Of a stretch of DNA of 64,000 nt, positions 13,466 to 29,500 are shown one piece after another; positions within the stretch are counted from its first letter, which is position 1; the number at the start of each line of letters is the position of its first letter. The notes beneath the pieces are model-generated. The model ran no database searches and was not told where the DNA came from. It saw nothing but the letters and a program-made list of their open reading frames with translations. The position numbers and the translations under genes are program-made. The stretch lies in NCBI GenBank assembly GCA_964016885.1, contig OZ024743.1:121024001-121088000 (forward strand), read 5' to 3'. Source of the stretch: Eledone cirrhosa (taxonomy: Eukaryota).

Positions 13466-13977
13466 TATATTCCAACCAATGGAGATTTTGGTTGAAGTTA
13501 AATATGTTTAAATACTTCTCTGATTTGATGTTTATCTTTTCATTGGGATGTCTAAATATATTAGAGACGGTTTGAAGTATGTGCTTATTTTATATAAGAT
13601 ATTATATTTAAGTAGTATTCATTTTTTTATCGTTTCATTTATTTCAATAATAGTTGTTTTGCTTTCTTTCTCATTTTGTGGTCTAAACGTCATCCCACCG
13701 TTAGATTTTATGTTTTTAGGGTCTTATATTTCGCCTCGGTGGTTCGTTTAGTTTATATTTCAGGAGACGTAGAAAAAGAGTGAAGCACTACCTATTACGT
13801 GATGGGGTTGTAGTTGCTGCAGATAATAATAGTTTTAAAAGACGGCTGCAACACTGATAACGTCTGTCTTTCCCAATTATGTTTATTCTTTAATTATACA
13901 TTCAAAAATTGATAATATCTATAACCTGTGAGTTCATAATTCTGGAATCTAAATTTTATTATTTGCACCAGAATGAG

Positions 13978-14192
13978 AATGGTGGATAGAGAGTATCAGT
14001 AGAGTGTCGAACTCTATACTGCAAAGCATTGAGTTGTATCCCTTTGCGTTTTTAGTTCAAATCCCACTAAGGTTAGCTTTGCCTTTTATCCTTACGGGGT
14101 CGATAAAATAAAATACCAGTAATGCATCGATTTAATCGACTTTCCCCTCCCCAAATATTGCTGGCCTTGAGCCTAAATCTGAAACCATTATT
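13978..14192 (+). mobile_element. Diverged tRNA-derived SINE
   Basis: B-box TAGTTCAAATCCC and the same core as the other copies. Confidence 0.85.
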
Positions 14193-14239
14193 TGCACAAG
14201 AATGTATAACGTGCTATAAATTGTTTTTAATGTGTTTAG

Positions 14240-14297
<58 letters not shown>

Positions 14298-17200
14298 GAA
14301 GGAAGGGGGGGGGGGCTGTTATGATTTTTATTATATTGATTCTTATGTGAAAACGCTTAGTTTTGTTTTTGTCTGAAGCAGGAAGTGTTTCTAAGTGTGA
14401 AATACATTCCGTTTTCTGTATAGAAAGAATAATGCAGCAGAAAATTATCAGCTTATCTCAAAGACCCTTTGGATATATTTTTCTCAAATACTACAATTGT
14501 TAAACTCGATGCTTTTCCATATAACTCTAACAGTTATAATAAAAAATTGTACTGTATGTTTGTTTTGTAATACTATTCCATTTGATAACACATCGCCAGA
14601 AACCTCCCTTGTTTTATGATACACAACTTCTCATTTTAGAATATTCATACTTATATTAAATCCTTCCATCAATATATGTTAATTGATACACACAGACAGT
14701 GTATTTCATTAGAAATACAGTAACAAAAGTAATAACCACATTTTCGACTTCATTTATAAACATATAAATTCTATTATTCTTAAAATATGTTCGTTATAAA
14801 AAGTGTGACACATTTGTCATACTTGTCATAGAATTAAATTAGTAATTTATCCAAATGACTGATATATCACAATTACTCCAAATCATTTCGTGAATTAGAC
14901 AATCTTGGAAGGAGCCATTTCCTAAAGGCATAATAGAAATGGAATTCAGTGACAGGCGAGTTGATGATTCTTTTGCGATTTAATGTTCAGTTATATCTGC
15001 TTCTGACTGCCTTTGCTGATGCATTGGCTATTACTTTTGCTGCTGCTGTTGCTGTTCTTTCACGCATCGTTTTTAATGCCCCTTTTCTACTATAATTGTA
15101 GGAAAGCAGCTGCCTTTGCTTGGGCTGCTCTGGCACTCTATTATATGACTCATACTAAATTGTTAAAACCACGAGTTCAGTTTCAATAATACAGGTCAGT
15201 TACAATAATACAATATGACGAGATTTGCTTTCAATTTGTTTAATGTCCTTTTATTGTAACGAACAAACCAAGCTCCAAATTTAGGTCAACTGTGAAATAG
15301 ATGTAGCGTTTTGTGTATTTCTTTCATGTGAGATGAGCATATTTTCAGAATGTTGTGAGTGTATCTAAATATTCATTATAAGTAAATTTATATTTCCAAA
15401 ATCTGAATAGCTTGGAATGAGCAATCACGAGGAATGTACAAGACACGCTGACAATCTAAATATTACTGCAATTTTAATATTTTCTGTCGCTGATAGGTGC
15501 TATATTGCAGTAAATGCTAGGCTTGCTTACTTTTCGGGTGATCTTACATTGTTCTTCCTGTAAATAGTCTGAACGTAATCTCAGAACATTAATTATCTAG
15601 TTCTATTGTTGGCTTTCTGGTTTTGCTGCCTCATTGACTAAGTTTGTGGCTTCCACGCTAAAATGTCTCACAAAGTATATATGTGTTAAAGATATACAAA
15701 ACCAGCACAAAAATAACCACGAAACTGAAACTTTTTCAAGCTATCCATAGCAAAATTGGTCATTACAATAGTTAAATAAATTATTATTTCTGCAAACATA
15801 CCAATTTCTTTAAAATTATAATTTATATTGTATGAATCAATTTCATATGAGGTAACATAGAAGGGCGCATAGTCAAAGACTGGTGGTTCAATTTAGAATG
15901 TCTAATTGTTACACGTGTGGCAGTAAGGGCATTCTAAGAGTTTTCTGACCAGGAGACGAATTTGAGAGACATAGATCTTTCTTTGTCTGATTCATCGTCC
16001 GAATTACTCCCGAGTAGTTTTGGAGGAAATAGTATTCAGTATATGGACAATAAAGTGAGAACATAGTGATCAAAGATGCGAAATGCGCTGTTATTGATCC
16101 AGGAGTCTGTGTGTTTTCCTTACATTATATCATTCAAATTGCAACTGCGTTTATATATATTCATTTAATTATTTTGTATAAATTAGCACATTAGCATGTC
16201 TTAATATATCCTAAAATATTTTGAACACTTTCACAAAATGGCAACAGAAAATAAAAGAATTATTATATCCGTTTAGGTCTATACATATTTGGGTTTCATA
16301 TTTCATCGAATCAAGATGCTTCATGAACTACTATATACTAAAATACTACATCAAACGTTGTGCCTATTTAGCAAGGATGAATATTGAAACGGCATAGTTA
16401 CATTTCCCTAGTATATTCACAGTCATTTCCGTAAATTCTGGAATTTCTTTAACAGTAATGATGAGCGACTAACGCACAATTTATATATGAAGCCTTATCT
16501 CTTTTCCCAATTATATATTTATTTCTCTTTTCCTCATACCTCTTTGCTTTTTTTCAAAATCTACTCTATTTTTTCCACTTTAAAACTTTTAATATTTCTT
16601 CTAGCTTTTTTATGCAAACTACTCTTGTTATCTAGGAGAATAATCAGTCAGATCACATTTAATTAGATACTTGAATAAAAAGGACGAACGAAAGTAATAT
16701 ATGACAGTTTACCAATGTAACAAATGTAAGAATATATGTATATATATATAAATGTGTGTCTGTGTGTGTGTCTGTGAGAGAGAGATAGAGTGTGTGTGCG
16801 TGTGTGCGATCGCGCGTGTGAGTATGTGTGTGTGTCTGTGTGTGTATGTATGTACATGGCGCTATAATCATCCCATGAATATTGCTATACGTGTAAATTA
16901 CTTGCAGAGACATAATAGAAAAGGGAAGAACAACTAAACAACATGAAAGGATGCATTCTCTGTGTAACGAATGTGATAGCTAAAATATATCTGCTTTCTT
17001 TGCCACAATTTGGCATACAGAGATTTCTTGTCGAGATTCTACTATGATGCACTTCGTAACAGACTGCTGAAAAAAATCGATTTCAGGATTCTTTGCTGAT
17101 GAGTAATCTATTGAATCGTTTCCATAACTTGTCAACATTATGCATCGAGATAAATGTCAAGGGTCTTAGACTGAAAAAAAAAAAGAAAAGGAATCTTATG

Positions 17201-17631
17201 CTACAACATGCAATTTACGTTATTTGCCTTACAATTTACTATTAACCTTTGTAATCTAGAAATGTTATACGAAAGACGTTTTGTTACAATTCTTGTCACA
17301 TTCGGAATAGTCTCTCTCAATTTTGATTATAACAGGTGCAAAATTGTTTTACAGATTCTTTTAGCTTGATCTTTTTTGAAAAAATATATTTGTATGTTTT
17401 ACAATCTCTTTCTTTCTTCTATTATATTGCTATATGAAACATGCGCTTAATTCAATTTATTTCAGAATTTCAATTTCTAGCTAAATTGTATGATATCAAT
17501 TACAACAGAACATAAGTATTTCATTGACGCATGTATAAATACACACAAAAATATACATATATTATACTGTATTTCGTTGTATCATATATATATGTATGTA
17601 TGTACGTATATATATATATACGTACATACAT

Positions 17632-18027
17632 GATGACCCCTTAGCCTTTGTTAAGGCAGAATTCTAGGAGAAGGAAAACTCTGATATAACACCTGCAACC
17701 CTGATGGTATCCAATGATGTTGACTTGTTCTTCTTTTTGGTAAATATCATCTTGGTTAAGAGAGTGGGACCGGCTTTGTGCAGTGCCTTTGTTCACTATA
17801 AAAGCTTCACGGCAGGGGCATTGCTTTAGATCTCTCTGCACTTGTCGTCACATGGTACCATGGGCCCAGCACTATGTGTCAATAATTGTCACAAGTGTAG
17901 TGTTTGTACCAGAGTTTTCAAGTCGCTGGCTGGACTAAAAAGTCATAGTCGTTCAGCGCATCGGTAGGGGTTCTCCTACATGGATATAAAGTAGTGGCCG
18001 TACTCGAAAACGAGTTGGCAGCCACCA
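17632..18027 (+). mobile_element. Bipartite RTE-derived non-autonomous retroposon (second copy 52162-52570)
   Basis: 5' CTAGGAGAAGGAAAACTCTGATATAA resembles RTE 5' UTRs; 17890-17967 encodes [25 protein letters not shown] (C2H2 finger); 3' hairpin tail GGCCGTACTCGAAAACGAGTTGGCAGCCACCA. Confidence 0.75.
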
Positions 18028-18189
18028 TATATATATATAATAAGGAGTTGACGGACCCAGCATATTCATCAATGCCAGGACCGGCTGTATCTCAGCGTAC
18101 TCAATGGGCAATGTAAGATACTTTCCCAGAGTATACACATATTTATTCACTTCAATATAACACACGTAAAACGGGTGCCTATAATAGTT

Positions 18190-18297
18190 CTCGGACTCGA
18201 GTTTCGGCCGCACTTTATGCAGCAGTAAGGTGCACTGCACCATCCGTCTGCATATACTATGCAACAATACATCGGCTTATGCGGCTTCATCAGCGGG
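18190..18297 (-). ncRNA. Type I hammerhead, canonical core, within a pLTR-like segment (about 18041-18450)
   Basis: Minus strand CCCG-CTGATGA-A GCCGCA...TGCGGC C-GAAA-CTCGAG-TC-CGAG; palindromic stem III, GUC site. Confidence 0.8.
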
Positions 18298-18469
18298 TAT
18301 CGCCTAATCAATAACCACTCGATTGACAGAATCCAAGCCCCAGCCCATGCCGATCATGAGTGTTTATGACAACCGACACGGTAAAGCGACTAGCTACTGG
18401 AATCCGATACAACTCTGTTCACCGACTAGCCACCGATTTACACATTTTACGTATATATGTATATATATA

Positions 18470-19422
<953 letters not shown>

Positions 19423-19550
19423 CACACACACGCACACACGCACACACATATATATATATGTGTGTGTGTGTGTAAAATATATACACACACACGCGCACAC
19501 ATATCTATATATATATAAAAACGAGGATGTGTGTGTGTGTGTTTGTATGT

Positions 19551-19582
<32 letters not shown>

Positions 19583-20147
19583 CTGTGGACAACTTTGGAC
19601 AGTTAAGGCTTTTACAATTCCCAACCGAATTTGACCAACTTTTCTGTGCACGTTGCACCTATCGCTAAGATGGTCACATCACAAACATTCTCCTCTCTTA
19701 TTCTCTCTCACACACACACATACACACACAAAGACTAGTTCTAACACGAAAAGAACATCTATCCCCACATTTACGTATAGACATATCTTCTCACACTCAC
19801 ACTCACACACACATACTTACACATTCACACATTCTCCCACACACTTAAACAGACAGGTACTAAAAAACCTTTTAAAAGAAGACTACTCTTTATCCACCTA
19901 ACCTTAACTCTTTGACATTAGAGATAGAACAGATACTCTATACGATTTCCTGCCAGCATGACTTGGCAAGCTATTTAGAACACTAGTTTAACCGCTTTAC
20001 TTCCCTCCGAAGAAGAGATATTATCTCGAAGATTAAGGACATTTAAATAAATCTAAGGTAAAAGACTAATTGTCAACAATATCTTTTGCATTTGCATCTT
20101 TTATTCTATGCCCATACCTGCATTGTTTTGGCTTTACAAATTCAAAC

Positions 20148-21461
<1,314 letters not shown>

Positions 21462-21989
21462 TGAATTAATTTTCCGTATCAAATTTTACATATACTTCGT
21501 ACGAGCATTTATGTAGTTTGCACCAGAATTTTTGTATCGTGGCGGCACCCTTAGAGATAGTATTAGTATTCTTTTTCGGGATTCTGAATTATTATTTCAT
21601 ATTAGTTTATTTTTTTGCACTGGGTGGTTGCTGGCCTTGTGCCTGGGTAGAAACCTTTATTTATTATTTCGTGGTAGTTTCTTTAGTATTTTGGCCCCTC
21701 ATTTGTTGACCCGTCACCGTAAGATTTACTCGGTTTATTACTTATACCTCTTAAAAGGGTCTCATTATAATTCCGTCCCACCTAGTAAACCTTTCTTTAG
21801 CCTAGCAGTACCAGTGAGAGACTTGATAGCTGTCCTTAGGTCGTAGTAACCAGAAATTGTTTATTTTTTTTTTACATTTAATTGCTTTTTAACACTCGGT
21901 ATTTTTCTATACATTTACCCCATATTGTTTTACTTATTGTTTCGACTTCCTCCCCCTCCCCCTCCCTAGTATCTTCTTTGACCTCATGC

Positions 21990-22353
21990 CCAGCTGTAGT
22001 CGGCACTATCAACGCATGACTGGGCCTCCTCCACCCCCTCTCCCTCTTTCTCCTACTGGCAGGTTCAGCTACCCCTTCCTTCCACAAATTGCCATGATAG
22101 AATTATTATGTCTCAACAACAAACTTTTGACCAATCCTTGTGACAATCACTTTTACCATATATAGAATTACCCCTTGAGAAGCTCGGCTATTCAAATACC
22201 AGGATAATTTTCATTTAGTCTAGAATTAGCCGTCGAAACGGCTTGAGCTCAGCCGTCGGGGTCCTACTCGTTCCTATTACCCACTCTACTACCCTAAGTA
22301 TTGAGTACTTTGGTGCGTTATGGTCCACCTGGTTCCTTACCACATTTCCTCCG

Positions 22354-22355
<2 letters not shown>
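21990..22355 (+). mobile_element. Penelope pLTR, diverged relative of 39090-39442
   Basis: Colinear similarity (GCCATGATAGA, ACCAATCC, HHR, TTGAGTAC..GGTGCGTTATGGTCCA..TGGTTCCTTACCACA), ending in (TA)n. Confidence 0.8.
22170..22262 (+). ncRNA. Type I hammerhead, U3-A8 variant
   Basis: ACCCC-TTGAGAA-G CT CGGCTA...TAGCCG TC-GAAA-CGGC TTGAGCTCA GCCG-TC-GGGGT. Confidence 0.8.
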
Positions 22356-22427
<72 letters not shown>

Positions 22428-23067
22428 CTATTTATTTTTTTATTTATTTATCTATTTATACGTTTGTGTATTTGTCATGCAACATTCTTGATATGAAATC
22501 GTGTGTTGAAACAGATATTGTTATATTTGGAGAGGCTCATGTTGCCAGTACTGCTAATAAAAAGAAACACACACACCATATGATTTTCACTCGTTGTTCA
22601 TTCGTTCGTCAAAGATATTTCATCACACATTTTGTAAGTTCTTCAATATCTTTTGCGCCTCGTCTTTTTTCAGGTCTTAAACTTCTTCCATACCTTGTCT
22701 TTTGTTTTGTGGTGCATTTTTTATTATTCGTGTCTGCACATGTATTTGCACCTGTGCCTTCGCCTGTGTGTGTTTGTCATGTCCATGTGCGTGAGGGGGT
22801 GTGTAACTTTAGCTGTTTGTGTCTGTTTTATCCTTATTCTATCTTTAATTGTTAAGTTGCAGGCTGTTAATATTAAGCTCGTGTTTTCTGTTCAGGCTAG
22901 GTCTATCTTCTATTATGTGTGTGGCCTCGTCAGTAACTGCACCTAGAAATGCAAGCGTTTCCTCGCCTTTATATTTTAACAGTTTGATAATTAAAATAAA
23001 GAGCTTTATTACCATTCATTTGACTAACACAGTTTTAATTTTCCCTCAACAGATATATGTGAGTAAA

Positions 23068-23820
23068 TAATTGTTTCTACTTTTGGCACTAGGCCAGCAA
23101 TTGTTCCAGTGCATTACTGGTACTTTATTTCAGCGACCTCATACGGATGAAAGGCAAAGTTACCCACGACGGGATTTGAACTCAGAACGTAAAGTGCCGT
23201 AACTCTATGCATCAAAGCATAGCGTCCGACCCTCTACCGATAATGCCAATCCACTGTCCTTGTGAGTAAATAATTGTTTCAACTTTTGGCATAACGCCAC
23301 CAATTACCCAGTACATTACTGGTTCTTTATTTTATCGACCCCGTAAGGATGAAAGGCAAAGTCAACCTCGGCGGGATTTGAACTCAGATCGTAAAGGGAC
23401 GTAACTATGCTAGAAAGCATGGCGTCCTACCCTCTACCGGAGATGGACAATACAGTAATTAACAATATGATGTTGGAAACCGCGTTGTTGGACTTCGTAA
23501 TATTCGCACCAACTTCTTCGAATGTTAGCAGTTAGTGTAATTGCAATGTTTCGGCTTAAAAATAGTAATCTTTGCTTTCTTTAAATCATATGTCTCCATG
23601 CTCTTTTACGTTTTTGTGTTGATAAACACAGCAAGCTGCATTTCAGAAATCTTATTTACCTAATATAGATTGAAACGACTAAAAATGAAAGATTTAAAAT
23701 AATTGTTTCTACTTTAGGCACAAGGCCAGCAATTATCCAGTGCATTACTGGTACTTTATTTTATCGACCCCGTAAGGATGAAAGGCAAAGTCAACCTCGG
23801 CGGGATTTGAACTCATATCG
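23068..23820 (-). mobile_element. Three SINE copies (23068-23260, 23272-23440, 23700-23820)
   Basis: Match to consensus; first copy flanked by TSD TGTGAGTAAATAA (23058-23070, 23261-23273). Confidence 0.9.
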
Positions 23821-23824
23821 TTAG

Positions 23825-24110
23825 CATTCTGGAAAAGCAGGCGTTACACTCCTAGTAGTCTGACAATTTCTTCACACTCTTCAGCAAACCCGTTCTTGGA
23901 TTTTCTTTTCCAGACCTTAGCTACTCTTCCAGTTCCGGCAGCTGATTTCATGCTTCAGCAAAATGTGTCCCACTTTCTTCAATTTTGAGTTGGGGTAGAT
24001 GAAGACTATTGAGAGCAAACTTTGAGCTAATAGGACGATAGGCGATCCTACATTTAGCACCCAATCACTGCGGAAGTCACGGATATCACGACAAAATATA
24101 ATTAATTTAT
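23825..24110 (-). pseudogene. Possible RTE LINE EN-RT linker remnant
   Basis: Minus-strand translation WDTFC*SMKSAAG...KVWKRKSKNGFAEECEEIVRLL resembles the RTE linker. Confidence 0.45.
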
Positions 24111-24258
24111 CATGTGTCAGTGGCTGGAGTGTGATGTTTCCAAGTATCTTTGATCTTATTTTTTTTACGAAACCATGAATTTCGAAAGATTTTATTTTAT
24201 ACAATTAATTGTCAAAATGTGCTATGTGATTTTCAGCATTTAATGAAGCCCAAGTACA

Positions 24259-24292
<34 letters not shown>

Positions 24293-24296
<4 letters not shown>

Positions 24297-24485
24297 CGGT
24301 GTATTGGCAGTATCGGTAGAGGGTCAGACGCCGTGCTTTGCAGCAAAGAGTTACGGCCCTTTATGGTCTGAGTTCAAATCCCGCCGAGGTTAACTTTGCC
24401 TTTTCATCCCTACGGGGTCGATAAAATAAAGTACCAGTAATACACTGGGATAATTGCTGGCCTTGTGCCAAAAGTAGAAACAATT
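24293..24485 (+). mobile_element. Full-length tRNA-derived SINE
   Basis: Match to consensus. Confidence 0.92.
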
Positions 24486-24870
24486 CTTCTTCTTCTTCTT
24501 CTTCTTCTTCTTCTTCTTCTTCTTCTTCTTCTTCTTCTGAGAGGGTCATGTGGACAGAGTCCTCCTCAAACAATCCCTCCAGTGGGTCCAGTCACAAGCA
24601 ACCGTCTCCAACTGATCCGGCTATATTGCAAGTGAGAGCAGCCAAGCTCATGGATGTTATCCTACCATCTTGCTTGCGGTCTACGTTTGGGTCTCCTGTC
24701 GGTTGGTTTGGCCCGTAAAATCTACCCAGCAATTCTTTCCTGAGACATTCAAACCCCATACTCATACTATTAGAGCTGTGATCTCTCAATTCGGAGAAGT
24801 GGTTCAACCTGGAGTGCCTTTCTGATCTCCGAGCTACGCACTCTATCAAGTAACGTTACTCCACTTCGGT
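24486..24870 (-). pseudogene. RTE-like LINE 3' end with (GAA)n tail
   Basis: Minus strand GRPKRRPQARW*DNI, then a short UTR and (GAA)n at 24486-24538. Confidence 0.55.
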
Positions 24871-26451
24871 GGAACACATATCAATTGTGTCACAACTACA
24901 TTTAATCATTTTAGTTTTTGTTTTATTGTTTTAGTTTAATACAATTTGTACGCATTAACAAACTGCTATTGATATAAGAAAACCAATGTTTTCTTAAATA
25001 TTCATTTAAAACGTAAATCGTGTAAGGTAGCAATGAAAAAACTGGATGTGATTTTAGCTAAATTGATTTTTATTGAATCATTAACTGTTATTAATCACTG
25101 AATGTCCTTTAAAATGTACTATAATTCGAACTATAAATGTGTAAATAAATATTAAAGTAGAAATGCTTATTTCTAGACGTTCGATCAAAACATATATTGT
25201 ATTATCAATATTGCAAATATTATGATTGGTTTATACCAACAATTATCCACTAGACATAAATTATTTGTAAAACAAACCCCATCTAGGCTGATAGATTTAA
25301 TATACAGTACAAGTGTTACATGTTAAAATCATGGTAGTCTGACTGGTGATAAACACACATAATATATTTGGAGGTAGTCAATTATAGCTTACGACAACAT
25401 AATATGAGGTTGACCTGTTCGTCTCGAGTATTACATTATGAAAGCTATAAGGCACTGCTATATTCAGGAGCTATAACAATTATTGCGATCGAACAGTTTG
25501 AGAAAGCAATAACTCTAATAAAAATTGACAATTAAATTGTTGAAGACAATTTAAGTATGATTTATTGAAAATATATTAATAACTACGAGGGAATAAGGTG
25601 CAAAGGAAAAAAGCGGTTCTTGAAGAAAATTATACATGACTGCCTGCAAGTGTAGCAATATGAAAATAACCTCTATGGCATAATGTGACATAATATAACC
25701 ATTTATAATCGCGTTTTGACACTTATTACCATTGCATCAATATCCAGTATAAGAAAGCTTCATAATAATGACTCACTTTGTGGCCCAGTGATTCTATAGT
25801 TGCATGCTGTGCTTAGAAAGGGGCGTAAAATATAGAAGGCGGAACAAAGAATGCTTTGAGGAAGTAATACATGATATATTCGTCTCAAGAATCTTTTCCT
25901 CTTTAGATTTTTTTTTTCTTTTATAATGCTCTATATAATCAGACATGAAATAACCATACAAGTAAGTCTTAGGTACATAACTTGGATCTAATATGAATTA
26001 ATTATTCTTTTAGGTCTATCTATAATTATATTCACATGAACTAGAGTATTCACTGAGGCTCAGAAATAAAACAAATGGATGAGGGACGAAAACGAATTTA
26101 TGAAAAATATTTCTGCAATATTATTTCTGCGAGGAAAAAGCTTAACTTATATTTCTCTAAATTTGATGTATGTTAATTGTCATATATTCATTTTATTAAG
26201 TCTAAATAGTGAGTTTTGTTACTCATGAGTTTCGCCTGTTTATCAAATGTCACAGATAAGAACAGGCGAGACTCAAGAGTAACAAGACTCGCTATGAATA
26301 TTAAAATTCTTTTCTCTCAGCCATCAAAAGCATACGGATATATATATATATATATTTGTATGTATGTACGTATGTATATATATATATATAAATATATATA
26401 TTACACATATATACAAACACACACATACACACACACACACGCATATACATA

Positions 26452-26523
<72 letters not shown>

Positions 26524-29500
26524 TCTGCTTCATATACATACTCTGTTTCATATACATGTTCATATACATGTCTCTGTTTGCTTCTTTTCTATTGATCTTA
26601 GTGGTTCACAAAAGAAAAAAGACCCGATATATATAATAGAAGAATAGAGTGATTATATAGGTTGATTTATTCATATTCTTCTTACACCATAGCTATAATG
26701 ATGTGGTGTGTACATCTGACAGACTGACAGAGAAATATTCTAGAAAACAAATATAAATATACGAACATTTACATGGCATAGTGTCGGTCGAGAATTTAAA
26801 GACAATAATATATACTGTTAGCGGAGTAATTTTCTCTGTTTTTATGATTCTACATGATGGATGTTCCTCAGAACTATGAATGAACAAGCACTATATAATA
26901 CATTTGATTATCAACAAACAGCACTTTAAAAACAATTGTATATATCATTTAATTGAAAGATATTGAGACAGTTATTTATTTCAAAGAAATAGAAACATGT
27001 TCTTCCGAGAAAAAAATGCAAAATCGAACAGTCTTGATTTGATTATTTCTCACAAAACCAAAACGAAAGAAACTGCTTCTGTAAAGAAAAACATTGATTG
27101 AGAGTTATCAAGCGATAAAAACTATAACGGACATTTGTAATGATATATTGTTGCGAGTTTCCTTCTCGTCACAGCTCACTTAATCGAACATTTTAAAGCT
27201 CCTTAAATACTCATTTAACAGTAAATTTATTAAGTCATTACCGTTATTAGGATCCTTCTAGCCATTTCTTTATTACTACTTTTGTTGAGCCCATTTCAAA
27301 TCATTGTTTTTATCTATTTTTGTTTAGTATATTTGAAAGCTGTTCTCTTCTTAACATCAATACTGGAGCAATTTATAAATTATTCATTTGTCCTCTACTT
27401 TATTTATTCTTACTAGCTGGCCAGTTGTTTGTTTGTTATTCTTGTTAGTATTGTTTTGCTACCGATTTCGAGTGCTGTTCTCCTTTTGGGAAAATGAGTT
27501 TAGTTTCAGAGGCAATGTTTACAAGAACCTTCTCTATACAAATAAGAGAACTTGTTTAATTAATTGGTTCATAGCCTTCTTTTTTTATAAGATATTTCTT
27601 TCAGCTTTGCTTTTCTTAATTTGTTTTACACTTTTACTTTGTGGGTGTATTTGAAATTGAGATATATAACAATATGTTGAATAATACTAACATCGGTAAA
27701 CTATAACTGTATAAAATATTTTCATGTTTGATAACTAAGTTTATATAACATGTTATCACTTTCTAATACATGAACGCGATCTATTTCCTGTATTTTTATA
27801 CTTTAGTTATTCTCACTGCAGGCTACCTCGGTACTTTTACATCTAACTGCAGTTAACATGGCGTCAAGGAGTGTTGTTGAGAAAACTTGTTTCTATGACT
27901 TCTCCCTTACAAAGCAATTACTCTTATGTTTACTTCTCACCGATCTGAAATGTTTCCTTGCTTACGGCCAACAACTACTTAGCGCTCCAACGCTGTTTTG
28001 TGTTATATTTGAAAGCATTTAACATCGCAAAATTAAGCTAATGTAAACAGCGATGCAATTAATGATAGTCAATGAGAAAGAAATATCGTGGTATTTCTCA
28101 AGAAAATACTATTATAGCCATAATTTTTGTTTATACATAGTCCTTTGAAAGATTGTAGTAAACAATGAATATCTGATGTTATTCACTTAAATTGATATAT
28201 AAAATGGCTATATATTTCATTGAGTGTTTCTAACTATAGTAAAAAGGCCTTTAATTATAGTATTGCTTTGAAGAGAAAGACATTACGGCACATATCTTTG
28301 TTACATTTGAATGGAAATACATTTTTTTTATCATTAAAATTTCAGAAATGTTTGTAGAATTCATACAGCTTTCAATAAATCATCTACAAACAAACATCTA
28401 AAATTATATATCTATAGTTCTAATGTGAGTTGTTTCTAATAAGATTATACGTTTTTGTTTAGATTGTATATTCATGATATTGATCGTTCATCGTTAAAAT
28501 TTCTTATCTCTTGAAGTGGGCCCAGATTATATTTGAAGTAGAAAAATTCTTTTTTTTTTTTTCGTATTACAGTTTATAGAATTCTTATTCACTAAGCTAC
28601 TGTTTAAATTTAATCGAGGATTATATACATATCCAGGAATAAGATACTCATAATGATGGGAGCTCAAGCCTATGGAAACAGTGAAATGTAAATATAGACA
28701 CTAATAATTTTAAATGTATTTAAAATTAACAGAATCGCTAAATGTTATTCATCACTATCATATCTTCGAATCAAACAGGATGCGTCATGCACAACACAAA
28801 GAAATGTAGAAGACCTAATCTCGAAAGTTCGATGTATATTTCGTCAAAGGATTTTATGAAATTTCAACTGATTAATAGAAACAAATAGAAACGAGAATTT
28901 ATATAGCATTTAGTTATATTTTATCATTGAATGAACGATTCTTAGAAATTAAACATAGTTTCAACTATCCATGCTGTCTCAAAGTTTATCGTTCTCAATT
29001 TGTTACAATCATTCTATAAAAACAATTGTGTTTCTTTCTTAATGATAATAATAGTAGATATAACTGGTTATAACATATATTGTTAAATTCTTATTCAGCA
29101 AGATCTTGAAATATGAACAAAATTTTGCAAGGGTAAGATACACATATCAGCATAAATCTTAATGAGTAGACTTTTTCAGTCACTGTTTAAGTAAGCTACT
29201 TTGTCTACCTATTTATCAATACTCAGTAATTCACTTCCCCTATAAGGTATGTTTACATAAGAGGCGCATCTAAGATAAATTGTGTTATATACTATCATCC
29301 CATGGGATCTGCCGAATACTTCTATCATTATGGGTCAACTAATTAGTGGTATGTCATTGAAATATAGTAGTAGAATGGTTAATTAATCTAAACAAATACA
29401 AGTTTATTTAGTATATAGAATTCTATTTGATCAATCATCAAATCAATCATATAAAATCAACAAACTGTCTCTTTCTCAAAGGCTACAGGAATTCTTTCTT

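Noticed and set aside
17090-17130. Isolated CTGATGA/CTGACGA (also at about 9757, 45860, 57914, 61762)
   Set aside because: No matching GAAA and stems; expected by chance.
22860-22975. Minus-strand CTGACGA near GAAA as a hammerhead
   Set aside because: Stems II/III and the UH site cannot be formed consistently.
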